This document shows positions 51,731 to 64,000 of a stretch of 64,000 bases of DNA, piece after piece. How positions within the stretch are numbered: position 1 is the stretch's first letter; each line of letters begins with the position of its first letter. The stretch lies in NCBI GenBank assembly GCA_951406725.2, contig OX597836.1, forward strand, positions 16,802,001 to 16,866,000, in the 5' to 3' direction. A model generated the notes under the pieces. That model was given only the letters and a program-made list of their open reading frames with translations. It ran no database searches and was not told the DNA's origin. This DNA comes from Octopus vulgaris (taxonomy: Eukaryota). A program made the translations under genes and the position numbers.

Positions 51731-51914
51731 AAAGACTATATATAATCATTATGTACAACAAACATTAAACAATGATGATGATGATATATCTTTATATGAA
51801 TAAGTGAGTAACCCTGTGATGGACTAGCAACCCATCCAGGGGTGAATATATGCGGCACAGAATCCAGGAAACTGGCCTTATGAGCCTATGACTCAGGAAG
51901 GGCCTTTGAGCCTT

Positions 51915-51979
<65 letters not shown>

Positions 51980-52492
51980 CTTGTTGCTGCTATTTCTTGG
52001 AGGTTGAAACAACCTCATGAAAAGATCTTTTGTCGGTTCATTCAGTTTGGTGGTAATGGTTTTTTTTAACCCTGGGTCAACCTTGATTGATCAGGACTAA
52101 ATCCATCAAAAGTTTTTCTTTCCTGTTTTATGTATGCAGCAGACGTATGGTTTGAGTAGCAACCATGTAAAAGCTCTTCTCAGTGAGACTTTATATGCTC
52201 AGTGTTTGTATGTATGTATCCATGTGTGTGTGTGTGTGTGCATGTGATTGTGTGTGTTTTTTACTGTTAACTATGTGTACTTCGGTGTGATTTGTGTATT
52301 CTCTTTCTGTGTGTTTTTCCCACAATAGGTAGGTTTGTGTATGTATAAGTGTGGAGTTGTGTGTTTAGTGTGTGTGTGTGTGTGAGAAAGAGAGAGGATG
52401 TGTATGTACTTAGGAACATATACTGTCACCATGTTTTATTTATATTTATATATATATATATATATATAGATAGATAGATATATATATAAAAC

Positions 52493-53158
52493 AGGCGTGA
52501 CTGTGTGGTTTGCTTCCCAACCACATAGTTCCGGGTTCAATCCCACTGCATGGCACCTTGGGCAAGTGTCATCTACTACTGCCTCAGGCCAACCAAGGCC
52601 TTGTGAGTGGATTTGGTAGACAAAAACTGAAAGAAGATTGTCGTGTGTATATTTATATATATTTATATATATATATATATACAGAGAGAGAGAGAGCTAT
52701 GTGTGTGTGTCTGTGTTTATGTCCCAGTAACTTAGCAGTTTGGCAAAAGAGACCAATAGAATAAATAGAAGGCTTTAAAAAATAAGTCCTGCAGTTGATT
52801 TGTTCAACTAAAACCCTTCAAGGTGGTGCTCCAGCATGGCCGCAGTCAGGAAATAAGAATATATAAGAACAGAAATACATCAAGGTTCACTACAGCTGAA
52901 ATTGCAGTCATAGCCAGTGCCAGTGGCACATAAAAGGCTCCTGTGCCGGTGACACATAAAGGGCACTTGTGCCAGTGACACAAGTAAAAGGCATCCACTA
53001 TGTTCTTGGAGTGGTTGGCCTTTGGAAGAGCATTCAGCCATAGAAACCAAAGCTAGACCAGACTGGAGCCTGGTGCAGCCTCTCCAGCGTACCAGTTCCA
53101 ATCAAACCAGATAACCCATGTCACCATGGGAAACAGACACTAAATGATGATGATGATG
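52493..53158 (+). mobile_element. SINE A (52493-52860) followed by SINE C (52880-53158)
   Basis: Family motifs as above. Confidence 0.7.
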
Positions 53159-53159
53159 A

Positions 53160-53760
53160 CGCCGCTGGCAGAAACGTTAGCACGCCAGGTGAAATGTCTA
53201 GCGGTATTTCATCTGCCACTACGTTCTGAGCACAAATTCCACCGAGGTCAACTTTGCCTTTCATCCTTTCAGGGGGTTGTTTAAATAAGTACCTGTTATG
53301 CTCTGGGGTCGATATAATCGACTTAATCCGGTTTGTCTGTCCTTGTTTGTCCCCTCTGTGTTTAGCCCCTTGTGGGTAGTAAAGAAATAGGTATTTTGTC
53401 TGCCACTACGTTCTGAGCTCAAATTCCACCAAGGTCAACTTTGCCTTTCATCCTTTCAGGGGGTTGTTTAAATAAGTACCTGTTATGCTCTGGGGTCGAT
53501 ATAATCGACTTAATCCATTTGTCTGTCCTTGTTTGTCCTCTCTGTGTTTAGCCCCTTGTGGGTAATAATGAAATAGGTATTTCGTCTGCCATTACGTTCT
53601 GAGTTCAAATTCCGCCGAGGTCGACTTTGCCTTTCATCCTTTCAGGGTCGATTAAATAAGTACCTGTTACGCTCTGGGGTCGATATAATCGACTTAATCC
53701 CTTTGTCTGTCCTTGTTTGTCCTCTCTGTGTTTAGCCCCTTGTGGGCAGTAAAGAAATAG
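53160..53760 (+). mobile_element. SINE B head-to-tail trimer (~186-bp period)
   Basis: One complete head; two junctions GAAATAG|GTATTT. Confidence 0.85.
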
Positions 53761-54305
53761 ATATATTTATATATTGAGTGTGTGTTAGTGCTTGTGTGTG
53801 TGTATGTTGGAAACCTGATAATTGTGTGTTTGTGTGTGAGTGTGTGAGTATATGAGACAGGGAAACTGTGAATGTGTATGTGTTGGGGTGTATGTGTTGA
53901 GGTGTATGTGTGCATCTTAATGTGTTGTATGTGTGAACCAGAGAAAAAGAGAGAGAGAGTGTAGGGGGTGGTTGGTTGTTTAATGCTAAGAAAAACTTTG
54001 TTGATAACATTCAGTGGCAGCCTTGATGGGATTTGTTGGTCTTGTAAATTCAGTAAAGGAAGATGGAGAGGATACGGTGTGGGATGAGAGAAAGGTGGTG
54101 ATGATGATAGTGTGTTGAAGTGAAAGTGAAGAAGGATGTTGAGTTGTGTATGGCTGTGGGTGGGGTGCAGTAGGGAAATAGATAGATAGATAGATAGAGA
54201 GGGAGAGAGAGAGAGAGAGGTGGAGAGGGAGAAATGATGAGGATCATGAAAATGTCTGGTGTGTGGTTGGAAGCTTGGTGATATAAACTGTGGGGAGTCA
54301 AGTAG

Positions 54306-54307
54306 TA

Positions 54308-54338
<31 letters not shown>

Positions 54339-54440
54339 GCATGTGCACATATACATACATGCATAAATATATATATACACACATATAATATGTATGTATA
54401 TATACACATATATATATATGTATGTATACATGTATGTGTA

Positions 54441-54487
<47 letters not shown>

Positions 54488-54674
54488 ACATGTACGTATG
54501 TATGTATGTATGTATATGTATGTGTATATATAAATATTTATATATATACACACACATATATATATGTATATATACATATATATACATGTATCTATACATG
54601 TATGTGTATGTATGTATGTGTGTATATATATATATATGTATATATATGTGTATATATATATATATATGTATATA

Positions 54675-54741
<67 letters not shown>

Positions 54742-54742
54742 A
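54306..54742. repeat. long compound (TA)/(TG) microsatellite
   Basis: Direct reading. Confidence 0.95.
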
Positions 54743-55354
54743 AGAGAGGCTGTGTATGTGTGTTGATGTTAAAAAGTTGGGTGTTACTGAGGGTAAAGAA
54801 TATTGTTGGAAAGGAAGGAGGTATGGAAAGTTGAAATGATGGTGGTGGTGGTAGTGGTGGTGGTGGTGGTGGCCTTGGTTAAAAAAAAAAAGAGCAGTGA
54901 TATGGCAGATGAGTGAGGGGGAGTGAGGCAAGTGTGTGTGTGTGTGTTGGGGGTGAGTAAATGTATTTGCTGTTGCTATGGGGGATAAAAAATGAGGGCA
55001 GTGGTATGTGGATACTCCCCCACTCCCTAGCCATATAAGTTGGTTGGTGGGGTGAAGGGTTTCGCTGAAGATGTATGTCAGGTTACTCTGGGTCTGATCT
55101 CAGTATTTGTGTGACATTTAGCTTCACCCCTGGAGGAGGAGGAGGAGGAGGAGGGCTACACATACACACATCGCCAGATACACATAGTGACTTCTAAAAG
55201 GGGGTCTGCATACACACAGTCACACACACACACACACACACACATATTCTCTATGACACATGTACCTACTCCAGAAGGGTATGTAATACACACAAGCATG
55301 CACACACACACACACACATACAGAGACACACACACTCATACAAACACACACAAA

Positions 55355-55555
55355 CACATGCGCACACGCTTTCACTCACACACACTTTCACACAGACACA
55401 CACATACACACGCTTTCACTCACTCACATTTTCACACACACACACACTTTCACATACACACACACACACGCTTTCACTCACTCACATTTTCACACACACA
55501 CACGCTTTCACTCACTCACATTTTCACACACACACGCTTTCACTCACTCACACAT

Positions 55556-55598
<43 letters not shown>
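55355..55598. repeat. minisatellite built on (CA)n: CACACGCTTTCACTCACTCACATTTT units
   Basis: Several ~32-34-bp units. Confidence 0.85.
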
Positions 55599-55599
<1 letters not shown>

Positions 55600-55860
55600 A
55601 TGTATAGAAACAACTACAAACACAGTCAACCTACCCCCACCCCCACGTGTTATTCATATTCACATAGACTTGGAAATGGCTGTGTTGCAAAGAAACATTG
55701 TTTCTCAATGACGTTGGTTTCAGGTTCAATACCACTCATTGGTACCTTGGTCAAATGACTGTCTTCCACTATAGTCCCAGGCAGATCCAAAGTTTAACAA
55801 GCAACTCTTGGTCAACTGAAATTGAAAGAAACCCAATATGTGTGTTTGTGTGTGTGTGTG

Positions 55861-56172
55861 ATTGTCGAACCAATTCTACTATATGGCTCAGAAACCTGGA
55901 CGTTATCAAAGAAGCTTGAGAGGCGGTTGGATGGAACCTACACTCGCCTCCTTATGAGAGCTCAAAATCTCTCGTGGAGGCGCCATCCAACCAAAATGCA
56001 AATATATGGGAAATTACCACCTGTGTCATCTCTTGGGAAAGGTAGAAGAGTCCAGTTTGCTGGACATTGTTGTAGAGCTGAAAAAGAGGTAATTTCTACT
56101 CTCCTCCTCTGGAAGCCATCTACTCGCAATACCAGAGGGCGTGACCACGGTCGAACAATGATGATAATGATG
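55861..56172 (+). pseudogene. RTE-like LINE ORF C-terminus, 5'-truncated and internally deleted
   Basis: VEPILLYGSETWTLSKKLERRLDGTYTRLL...FAGHCCR...LLLWKP; lacks ~115 bp present in the 49263 copy. Confidence 0.8.
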
Positions 56173-56682
56173 TGATTGTCATCATTTTAATGTCCAGTTT
56201 TCCATGGGTCAAATGGCATTTGTTGAAGTAGACATTTTTTCTATGCCCCCCCCCCCCCGATGCTCTTATAAGTCTGTTTATTCATATTACTTTATTGCCC
56301 ACAAGGGGTCAAGTATATCTGTCCTTCTAGGTGTTTGTTTTATCTATCCTATCAATCTACCTTTATCTGTGTCTATCTCTACCTGTCTCCATCTATCTAT
56401 TTATCTGTCTGTCTGTCTATCTGTCTACCCACCTAGCTATCTGTATATCTATCTGTCTGTCTACCTCTGTGTTTATTTATATCTCTAAGTAGTTGTCTGT
56501 CTGTTCATCCATCCGGCCATCCCTCTATTTAGTTATCTCTCTCTATATTTATCCATCCATCCATCATCCATATATCGATCTATTTAGTTATCTCTCTGTA
56601 TATCTATCTATCTATCTAGCTAGCTATCCAATTTATGTGTGTATCTATATCTGTCCATCTATCCATCCATCTGTAATGCCTC

Positions 56683-56940
56683 TCATCATCATCATCGTTT
56701 AACGTCTGCTTTCCATGCTAGCACGGGTTGGACGGTTCGACCGGGGTTTGGGATGCCAAGAGGCTGCACCAGGTTCCAGTCTGATCTGGCAGTGTTTCTA
56801 CAGCTGGATGCCCTTCCTAACGCCAACCACTCCGTGAGTGTAGTGGGTGCTTTTTACGTGCCACCGGCACAGGTGCCAGGGGAGGCTGGCAATGGCCATG
56901 TTCAGATGGTGCTTTTTACGTGCCACCGGCACAGGTATCA
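56683..56940 (-). mobile_element. SINE family C
   Basis: Reverse Ceph-like motif; (CAT)n tail. Confidence 0.75.
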
Positions 56941-57939
56941 CAACCGAATTGTCTCTACTTATCTATTAATATAACTCTTGTTATTGCTTCTCTCCAAAAT
57001 ACCTAGACCACTTCCAATTAGTGTATATCGTTATTATATAACCATAATTTGGATTTTCCAACAATAATAGAACAACCACCCCCTTCTACCCAGCACAGCT
57101 GTGATTAACTAACTAATCCCTTGAATGGTTTAAGTAGAGTTAATTACAAGATTGCACTCTCTCTTCCTCTTCCTCACCCATCCCTCACCACCACATATTG
57201 CTAATTGGTGCCCTCTGGCAAACTGTAGAGTGACCTCAACTGCTGCGGAAGTCTGTGGAAGATTGCTGTATTCAAATTATGTGGGCAGCACCATGAAACC
57301 ATGTTGCAAATGTAAAATGTGGTCACTGAACATGTATACATGTATAGGCGCTGGCATGGCTGTGTGGTTACCTCCAAACCATGTGGTTTGAGGTTCAGTC
57401 CCACTGCATGGCACCTTGAGCAAGTGTCTTCTACTATAAACCCAGGCTGACAAAAAACCTTTGCGGGTCAGTTTGGTTTTGCACGAAGATTGTGTGTTTG
57501 TTGTCTTGACATGTATGTTTGATGTCTTCACATCGCATGATGGTTGGAAATGAACATCACCGTCATATAAGCAGGGTTGTTCATTTCCAGTCTTCCATGA
57601 GAAACCTCTCTGGCTATGCTGGCATGAATTGGATGATTTGACAGGAGCTGGCAAGCCAGAGGGCTGTGGCCAAGCTCTGCTGTCTGATTTAGCATGGTTT
57701 CTACAACTGGATACCCTTCTTAACATTAACCACTGTATGGAGTGTACTGGGTGGCTTTGTGTTATGTCTGGTCTGGCCTGGCCTGTGGTTAAACAATAAC
57801 TCAAAGGAAACCAGCAGCACCACAGGAGTGGGTGGGGCTGGGGTAGAAGGTAGCATTTTACTACTCCTTACTTCATTAGGAGTGATAGTGGGAAGTTTCA
57901 TTAACATTACACTGCTCCTAATGACTGTCTGATAATATT

Positions 57940-58697
57940 GGTTTCAGATGCTTTTTGGCACAGGGCCAGCAATTTCAGGGGAGGGGATAAGTTGATTACA
58001 TCGACCCCAGTGTTTTACTGGTACTTAGTTTATCAACTCAGAAAGATGAAAGGCAAAGTTGACCTCTGTGGAATTTGAACTCATATCATAAAGATGAACG
58101 AAATAACTATTTCTTTACTACCCACAAGGGGCTAAGCACAGAGGGGACAAACAAGGACAGACAAACGGATTAAGTCGATTATATCGACCCCAGTGCATAA
58201 CTGGTACTTATTTAATCGACCCCAAAAGGATGAGATGCAAAGTCGACCTCGGCGGAATTTGAACTCAGAACATAGTGGCAGACAAAATACTTATTTCTTT
58301 ACTACCCACAAGGGGCTAAACACTGAGGTGACAAACAAGGACAGACAAACGGATTAAGTCAATTATATTTACCCCAGCGCATAACTGGTACTTATTTAAT
58401 CAATCCCAAAAGGATGAAAGGCAAAGTTGACCTCTGTGAAATTTGAACTCATATCATAAAGATGAACGAAATACCTATTTCTTTACTACCCACAAGGGGC
58501 TAAACACAGGGGACAAACAAGGACAGACAAACAAATTAAGTCGATTATATCGACCCCAGTGCGTGACTGGTACTTATTTAATCGACCCTGAAAGGATGAA
58601 AGGCAAAGTCGACCTCGGCGGAATTTGAACTCAGAACGTAACGGCAGACGAAATACCATTCAGCATTTCGCCCAGTGTGCTAACGTTTCTGCCAGCT
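57940..58697 (-). mobile_element. SINE B head-to-tail tetramer
   Basis: Head at ~58697; three junctions near 58107, 58290, 58474. Confidence 0.85.
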
Positions 58698-59489
58698 TTC
58701 CACTGTCCCTGTCTCATGACAATACTGATTGAAGTTGTTATTGTTATTGATGTATATGTCAATGATGATTTTGTTATTGTTGATGTCATTGCTGTTGTTG
58801 TTGATGTTGTTAATCAGTATTTTTCTGCGAAAACACCCTTCACTGGGTTTTTTTTTTTTTTTTATCAAGGATGATGAAGAGAGAGAAAGAGAGAGAGAGG
58901 TGTAGACAGAAAAAGGTGGAAAGAAGAAAAGAGAAAGAGAGAACCACCTTGCCCTGTCTCCACTCTGCTCTTCATTCTCTTCCTCCTTCCTCTCTTTCCT
59001 TCTCCTCCCCAATACCCACTGCCGCCACCAACGCCACCACCACTTCCATTGCCATCACCTCCTTCATCTGTTCAAAGATTTTGATTTGGTTTCAGCCAGA
59101 TAATCTGCAGAATAGTAATAACAACAACAATAGAAGTACACCCAGTGACTGGCTCTGCTGCCTTCTTGGCCCTGATTGGTGATCATGGTGATGATGATGG
59201 TGGTGGTGGTCGTGGTGGGGTTGATACTGACAACAACAGCAATGATGATGTCAACAGTGTTGTTGTTGTTTGTTGTTGATAACCATGTTGTCACGGGTCT
59301 TACAATTACGTCATTGCTGATCCCCTCTCTTACTGATAAAACGATATTGTTATTTGTTATTGATGTTGTTGTTAGGGTATTGTCTCTGATTAAAAAAAAA
59401 ACAATCCGGTAATGAAAAACATTTCTGCCATGCTCAACCTTGCATTAGTTTTCCAAACAATGTACTCTACATATCTGGTGCATGTTATC

Positions 59490-59815
59490 TTGTTAACCCA
59501 TTAATCTGTTAGCCCATTAAACTATTAACCAATTGAGCTGTTAGCCAAACTAAACTATCAGCCTGTTGAGCTAGTAACCCATCAGACTAAGCCATTTGCC
59601 CATCAAACTAATCCATTACGCCATTAATTGATCAAAGTACCCCATTAAATCATTAATTTCATCAGCCAAGATCTCGTTAAACCACTAATCCATTAAACTC
59701 TTAAACAAAACAACCAAACAGTTGACTTGTTAACCAATTAAATTGTTAGCACATGAAACTATTGACTTACCAAACTATTACCTCGAAAATCAAGAACCCA
59801 TTAACTTATTAATTA
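59490..59815. repeat. degenerate ~16-bp tandem repeat rich in CCATTAA
   Basis: GTTAACCCATTAATCT / GTTAGCCCATTAAACT / ATTAACCAATTGAGCT units. Confidence 0.65.
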
Positions 59816-59908
59816 TGTTTTTCATCCTTCGTCCTTGCCAAAATAACGAAATATTCAGAGTATTGTACAATACTCTTTTACAATTGTTTCAGTTTACATA
59901 CATACATA

Positions 59909-60277
59909 GGCGCAGGAGTGGCTGTGTGGTAAGTAGCTTGCTAACCAACCACATGGTTCCGGGTTCAGTCCCACTGCGTGGCATCTTGGGCAAGTGTCTT
60001 CTGCTATAGCCTCGGGCCGACCAATGCCTTGTGAGTGGATTTGGTAGATGGAAACTGAAAGAAGCCTGTCGTATATATGTATATATATATATATGTGTAT
60101 GTGTGTTTGTGTGTCTGTGTTTGTCCCCCTAGCATTGCTTGACAACCGATGCTGGTGTGTTTACGTCCCCGTCACTTAGTGGTTCGGCAAAAAGAGACCT
60201 ATAGAATAAGTACTGGGCTTACAAAGAATAAGTCCCGGGGTCGAGTTGCTCGAAACAAGTAAAAGAGTAAAAGAGAG
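59909..60277 (+). mobile_element. SINE family A with 3' internal deletion
   Basis: Near-consensus; GCTCGA|AACAAG junction. Confidence 0.85.
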
Positions 60278-60281
60278 AATA

Positions 60282-60681
60282 CATATTGATGTGAAAACCT
60301 GAAAAATACTAACAAGCACACATAATTTCCACATAAACAGTGATGTAAACCATCTCTACCTGAAACGTTAACAAGGCGGAAGAGGCTTAACATCAATCGA
60401 AAATGCCTTTGAATGTCACATCATATCCCTTCGGCAACATCTTTTAACCACCAAGTGTCGACGTGCATCCCTTGACCAGGTTTGCATACATGAAGCTGAT
60501 AACATCATAAAACATGGAAGGCAGCTCCTTGAGCAATGCTCTTTGTCTGATAACCTAGAATACATGCGCAAAGAAGTTGCATGACCCTACCGCAACATAT
60601 CGTCAGATGAAAGGATGAGCCTATATGAGCAGAAGACTTATGCATGGATATGTTAGTAGAAAGCTCCGTGATGATAGTAAC
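60282..60681 (+). pseudogene. R4/Dong-like (RLE-type) non-LTR retrotransposon fragment
   Basis: Translates IDVKT*KILTSTHNFHINSDVNHLYLKR*QGGRGLTSIENAF...YEQKT/MHGYV with stops and a frameshift; missed by the ORF track. Confidence 0.7.
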
Positions 60682-61855
60682 ATGTTTTGTGTTCTTGTCC
60701 CATTATGTATATATACAGTAACAGTCCAGTATATAGTCCAGTAACACCCGATCAATTATGAGGTGATTCCTTTGTGTGTCTAATTCTCACCCTGAAGAAG
60801 TATTTAAACTCGCTATTTTCAAGATGCAATTTATAATTTATTAATTTGTAATTGAATGAGTTGAGTATGGAAACAATTGTAGGTAACAGAGAATTTTGAC
60901 AATATGTTAATAAATTGAAGTTCATCAGTTGAGAGAGAGGTGGATAGTATAATGCATTCTTGCAGATGACCTTATTTGGTACTATAGATCTCTTATGCAA
61001 GAAAGGGGCAGGTTTTACCATTGAGCTGGGTTCTATTTTGACCTCTACCGTACGAAAAGCCAAATTTCAGCAGTTGACCAAAACTGGGTACTTCAACTAT
61101 TTGCGACATATTTTATTCCAGCAAAACAACAAAGGAGTAGTTATTTTATATTAATATTCCCTTTGAACACAAAAATAAAAGACAAAAAAAATAAAAGTTT
61201 CTGATTTTCACCCATTTCAGAGCCACGGATATTTAATTTGTTGACTCGTCTGGCCTTGAGCCATTGTTATTCGCGCCACTATTTTACAAATAAAGCAAGC
61301 AGTATTTCAAACAAGCTCTGAGATTTTAAAACTGCTATTTCCCTTTGACTCTTTTTTTTTCCTCCTTGTTTTCAACCATCATACTTATTGGTCTTTATAT
61401 TTCTTTCTTTATTTTATTGCATTAAATATCAGCTGAATTGCCTAAACCTTTTCTTTTCCATAATAATCATCATAATTATGCCTCTTTTTTTTTTGAGTGT
61501 CTGTGTGTTTGTTAGTGTGTTGGTTCAAGTTTAGTCGTCTATAGGACATGTTTGGTTGGTTTAAAGACAAGTTCTTCTTTAGTAATGAAATTCTGATTGT
61601 ACTTATTGTTCGTTGTATTGGTTTGGGTGTCTTGGTTAGCTGGCTGTCCTCGTTTCATTCACTCCTACGTTCTTCGGTTAACCTTCTTGCCTAAATCCTC
61701 CAGTTGAACAATACACTGTCTTGATGTGACTGCACCTCTTGCTCACCCCCCTGGGATTCAACAGCATTCAAGAAAATAGCTGAACTGGGGGGGGGGAGTT
61801 TGCTGCACTAATTGTGCAGATTTGTATTGTCTGTTTTTACTTATTTATATATATA

Positions 61856-62850
61856 GGTGCAGGAGTGGCTGTGTGGTAAGTAGCTTGCTAACCAACCACA
61901 TGGTTCCGGGTTCAGTCCCACTGCGTGGCACTTTGGGCAAGTGTCTTCTGCTATAGCCCTGGGCCGACCAATGCCTTGTGAGTGTATTTGGTAGACGGAA
62001 ACTGAAAGATCCTGTCGTATATATGTATGTGTGTGTATATGTTTGTGTGTCTGTGTTTGTGTTTGTCCCCTTAGCATTGCTTGACAACTGATGCTGATGT
62101 GTTTACGTCCCCGTTACTAAGCGGTTTGGCGAAAGAGACCGATAGAATAAGTACTGGGCTTACAAAAGAATAAGTCCCGGGGTCGATTTGCTCGATTAAA
62201 AGGTGGTGCTCTAGCATGGCCGCAGTCAAATGACTGAAACAAGTAAAAGAGTATATATATATATATATATATATATCAATGTCATCATCATCGTCGTTTA
62301 ACATCCGCTTTCCATGCTAGCATGGGTTGGATGATTTTGACTGAGGTCTGGCGAACCAGGCTCCAATCTTGATCCGGCAGAGTTTCTACAGCTGGATGTC
62401 CTTCCTAGTGCCAACCACTCCGAAAGTGTAGTGGGTGCTATATATGTGTGTGTGTGTGTATATATATATAGGTGCAGGTGTGGTTGTGTGATAAGAAGCT
62501 TTCTTCTCAACCACATGGTTCTGGGTTCAGTTCCACTGTGTGGCACCTTGGCCAAGTGGCTTCTACTATAGCCTCAGGCCAACCAAAACCTTGTGAGTGG
62601 ATTTGGTAGACAGAAACTGAAAGAAACACATCATGTGTGTGTGTGTGTGTGTGTGTTTGTCCCACTACTGCTTCACAACCAGTGTTGGTGTGTTTATGTT
62701 CCTATAACTTAGTGGTTTGTCATGTGACTGATAGCATAAGTACTAGGCTTAAGAAAGAAAAGAAAATGGGGTCAATTTGTTTTACTAAAAAACCTTTTGA
62801 GATGGTGCCCCAGCATGGCCACAGCCAAAATGACTGAAACAAATAAAAGA
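61856..62850. mobile_element. SINE A (+, 61856-62253), SINE C (-, 62281-62440), SINE A (+, 62471-62850)
   Basis: Family motifs as above. Confidence 0.8.
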
Positions 62851-63042
62851 CAAAAATATGTATGTGTATATATATATATATATACACATACATACATGTT
62901 GTACAGGCATGTTGTAAGAAGTTTGCTTTCCAACCACATGGTTCAGTCCCTTGGAAAAGTGGGCAACGCCAATGATGATGATGATGACGATTGTGTGTAT
63001 GTGAGCATGCAATTATGTGTGTGTGTGTGTGTGTGTGTGCTA

Positions 63043-63238
63043 ACCTGCAGAATCCCTAGAGGTAGGCCAAGAACAAGATGGTTGGACAAACATCCGGTCT
63101 TCAGTTGGTCACACATGGGAACACAGCCAGAAAGTGTAATGGCAGTCACTTCTGAGAGGATTCTATAAGTAGGAGGTGTCTGAGGAATCTTCCACCACAA
63201 CACTTCCAGGAATAGTGAGCAGCAAAAATGGATGGATA
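63043..63238 (+). pseudogene. Expander/Rex3-type RTE LINE 3' end, degenerate
   Basis: PRGRPRTRWLD...FSWSHMGTQPESV and AAAATGGATGGAT tail. Confidence 0.65.
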
Positions 63239-63417
63239 CCATCATCATCATTATTTAATGCCTGTTTATCCATACTGGCATGGGTTAGATAGTCAGAGGC
63301 AGAGCTTGTAACCTGAAGAGCTGCATTGCACTCCTGTTTACCTGTTTTGGCTTGGTTTCCATGGCTGGATGTCTTCCCTACTGCAAACTACCTTACAGAG
63401 TGTACCAGGTGTCTTAA

Positions 63418-63600
63418 GGCAACGAACTGGTGGAAACATTAGCGCGCCGGGCGAAATGCTTAGCTGTATTTCGTCTGTCATTACTTTCTGATAAATAAAG
63501 TACCAGTTTCGCACTGGGGTCGACGTAATCGACTTAATCCCTTTGTCTGTCCGTGTTTGTAACCCTCTGTGTTTAGCCCCTTGTGGTCAAATTAGAAATA
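63418..63600 (+). mobile_element. SINE B (internally deleted) inserted in a minus-strand SINE C
   Basis: B head and tail; SINE C sequence at 63240-63415 and after 63600. Confidence 0.7.
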
Positions 63601-63911
63601 TATGTCACCAGCACAGGTGCCAATTTACGTGTCACTGGCACGGGGTGCCTCTTAACATATCACCAGCAGTTTTTACTTGTCATGGGCATGGGTGTCTTTT
63701 ACATGTCACAGGTACTGATCACAGGTATGATTTCACTGGGTTTGACCTATCTTCTCAAGCGCAACAAATCACCAGGAATCACTTGGCATTGTTGCCATGA
63801 AACTCAACAACTGGAGATCATATTTCACCACCTAGTCCCATGTCTTCCTGGGTCAACCTCTTCAGTAGGTTCCCCTCAGCAATTAGAAATTGACACTTCT
63901 TTACACAGCTG

Positions 63912-63912
<1 letters not shown>

Positions 63913-63997
<85 letters not shown>

Positions 63998-64000
63998 TTG
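63913..64000. repeat. (TG)n microsatellite
   Basis: Direct reading. Confidence 0.95.

Noticed and set aside
53694-54931. 301-aa and 293-aa ORFs, and all similar Y/I/H/T/V/C-rich ORFs such as 38789-39344
   Set aside because: Translations of (TA)/(CA)/(TG) microsatellites, which lack stop codons; no protein complexity

Overview
AT-rich, repeat-saturated eukaryotic (animal) DNA. The SINE and MITE repertoire and the (TA)n/(CA)n load look like an octopus or other coleoid cephalopod genome; this is inferred from recalled repeat motifs, with no database search run. I found no intact host protein-coding gene: nearly all ORFs in the track are microsatellite or SINE read-throughs. The window reads as intron or intergenic DNA. 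It holds five tRNA/RTE-related SINE families (labelled A-E here), piggyBac-, hAT- and Tc1/mariner-type MITEs (several with intact TSDs), Helitron ends, 3' fragments of RTE, CR1, Tx1/L1-like and R4/Dong-like LINEs, a small higher-order satellite and many microsatellites. Most notable: (1) Penelope-type minimal hammerhead ribozyme motifs at 9334-9381 and as an inverted pair inside a ~350-bp palindrome at 21993-22349; (2) head-to-tail SINE multimers sharing one junction position at three separate loci; (3) an RTE insertion with a fold-back copy of its flank and a nested CR1 that gives an in-frame chimeric ORF; (4) a pri-miRNA-like hairpin at 12192-12275; (5) closely spaced inverted SINE pairs that are potential A-to-I editing substrates. 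Coordinates of degenerate repeats are approximate.
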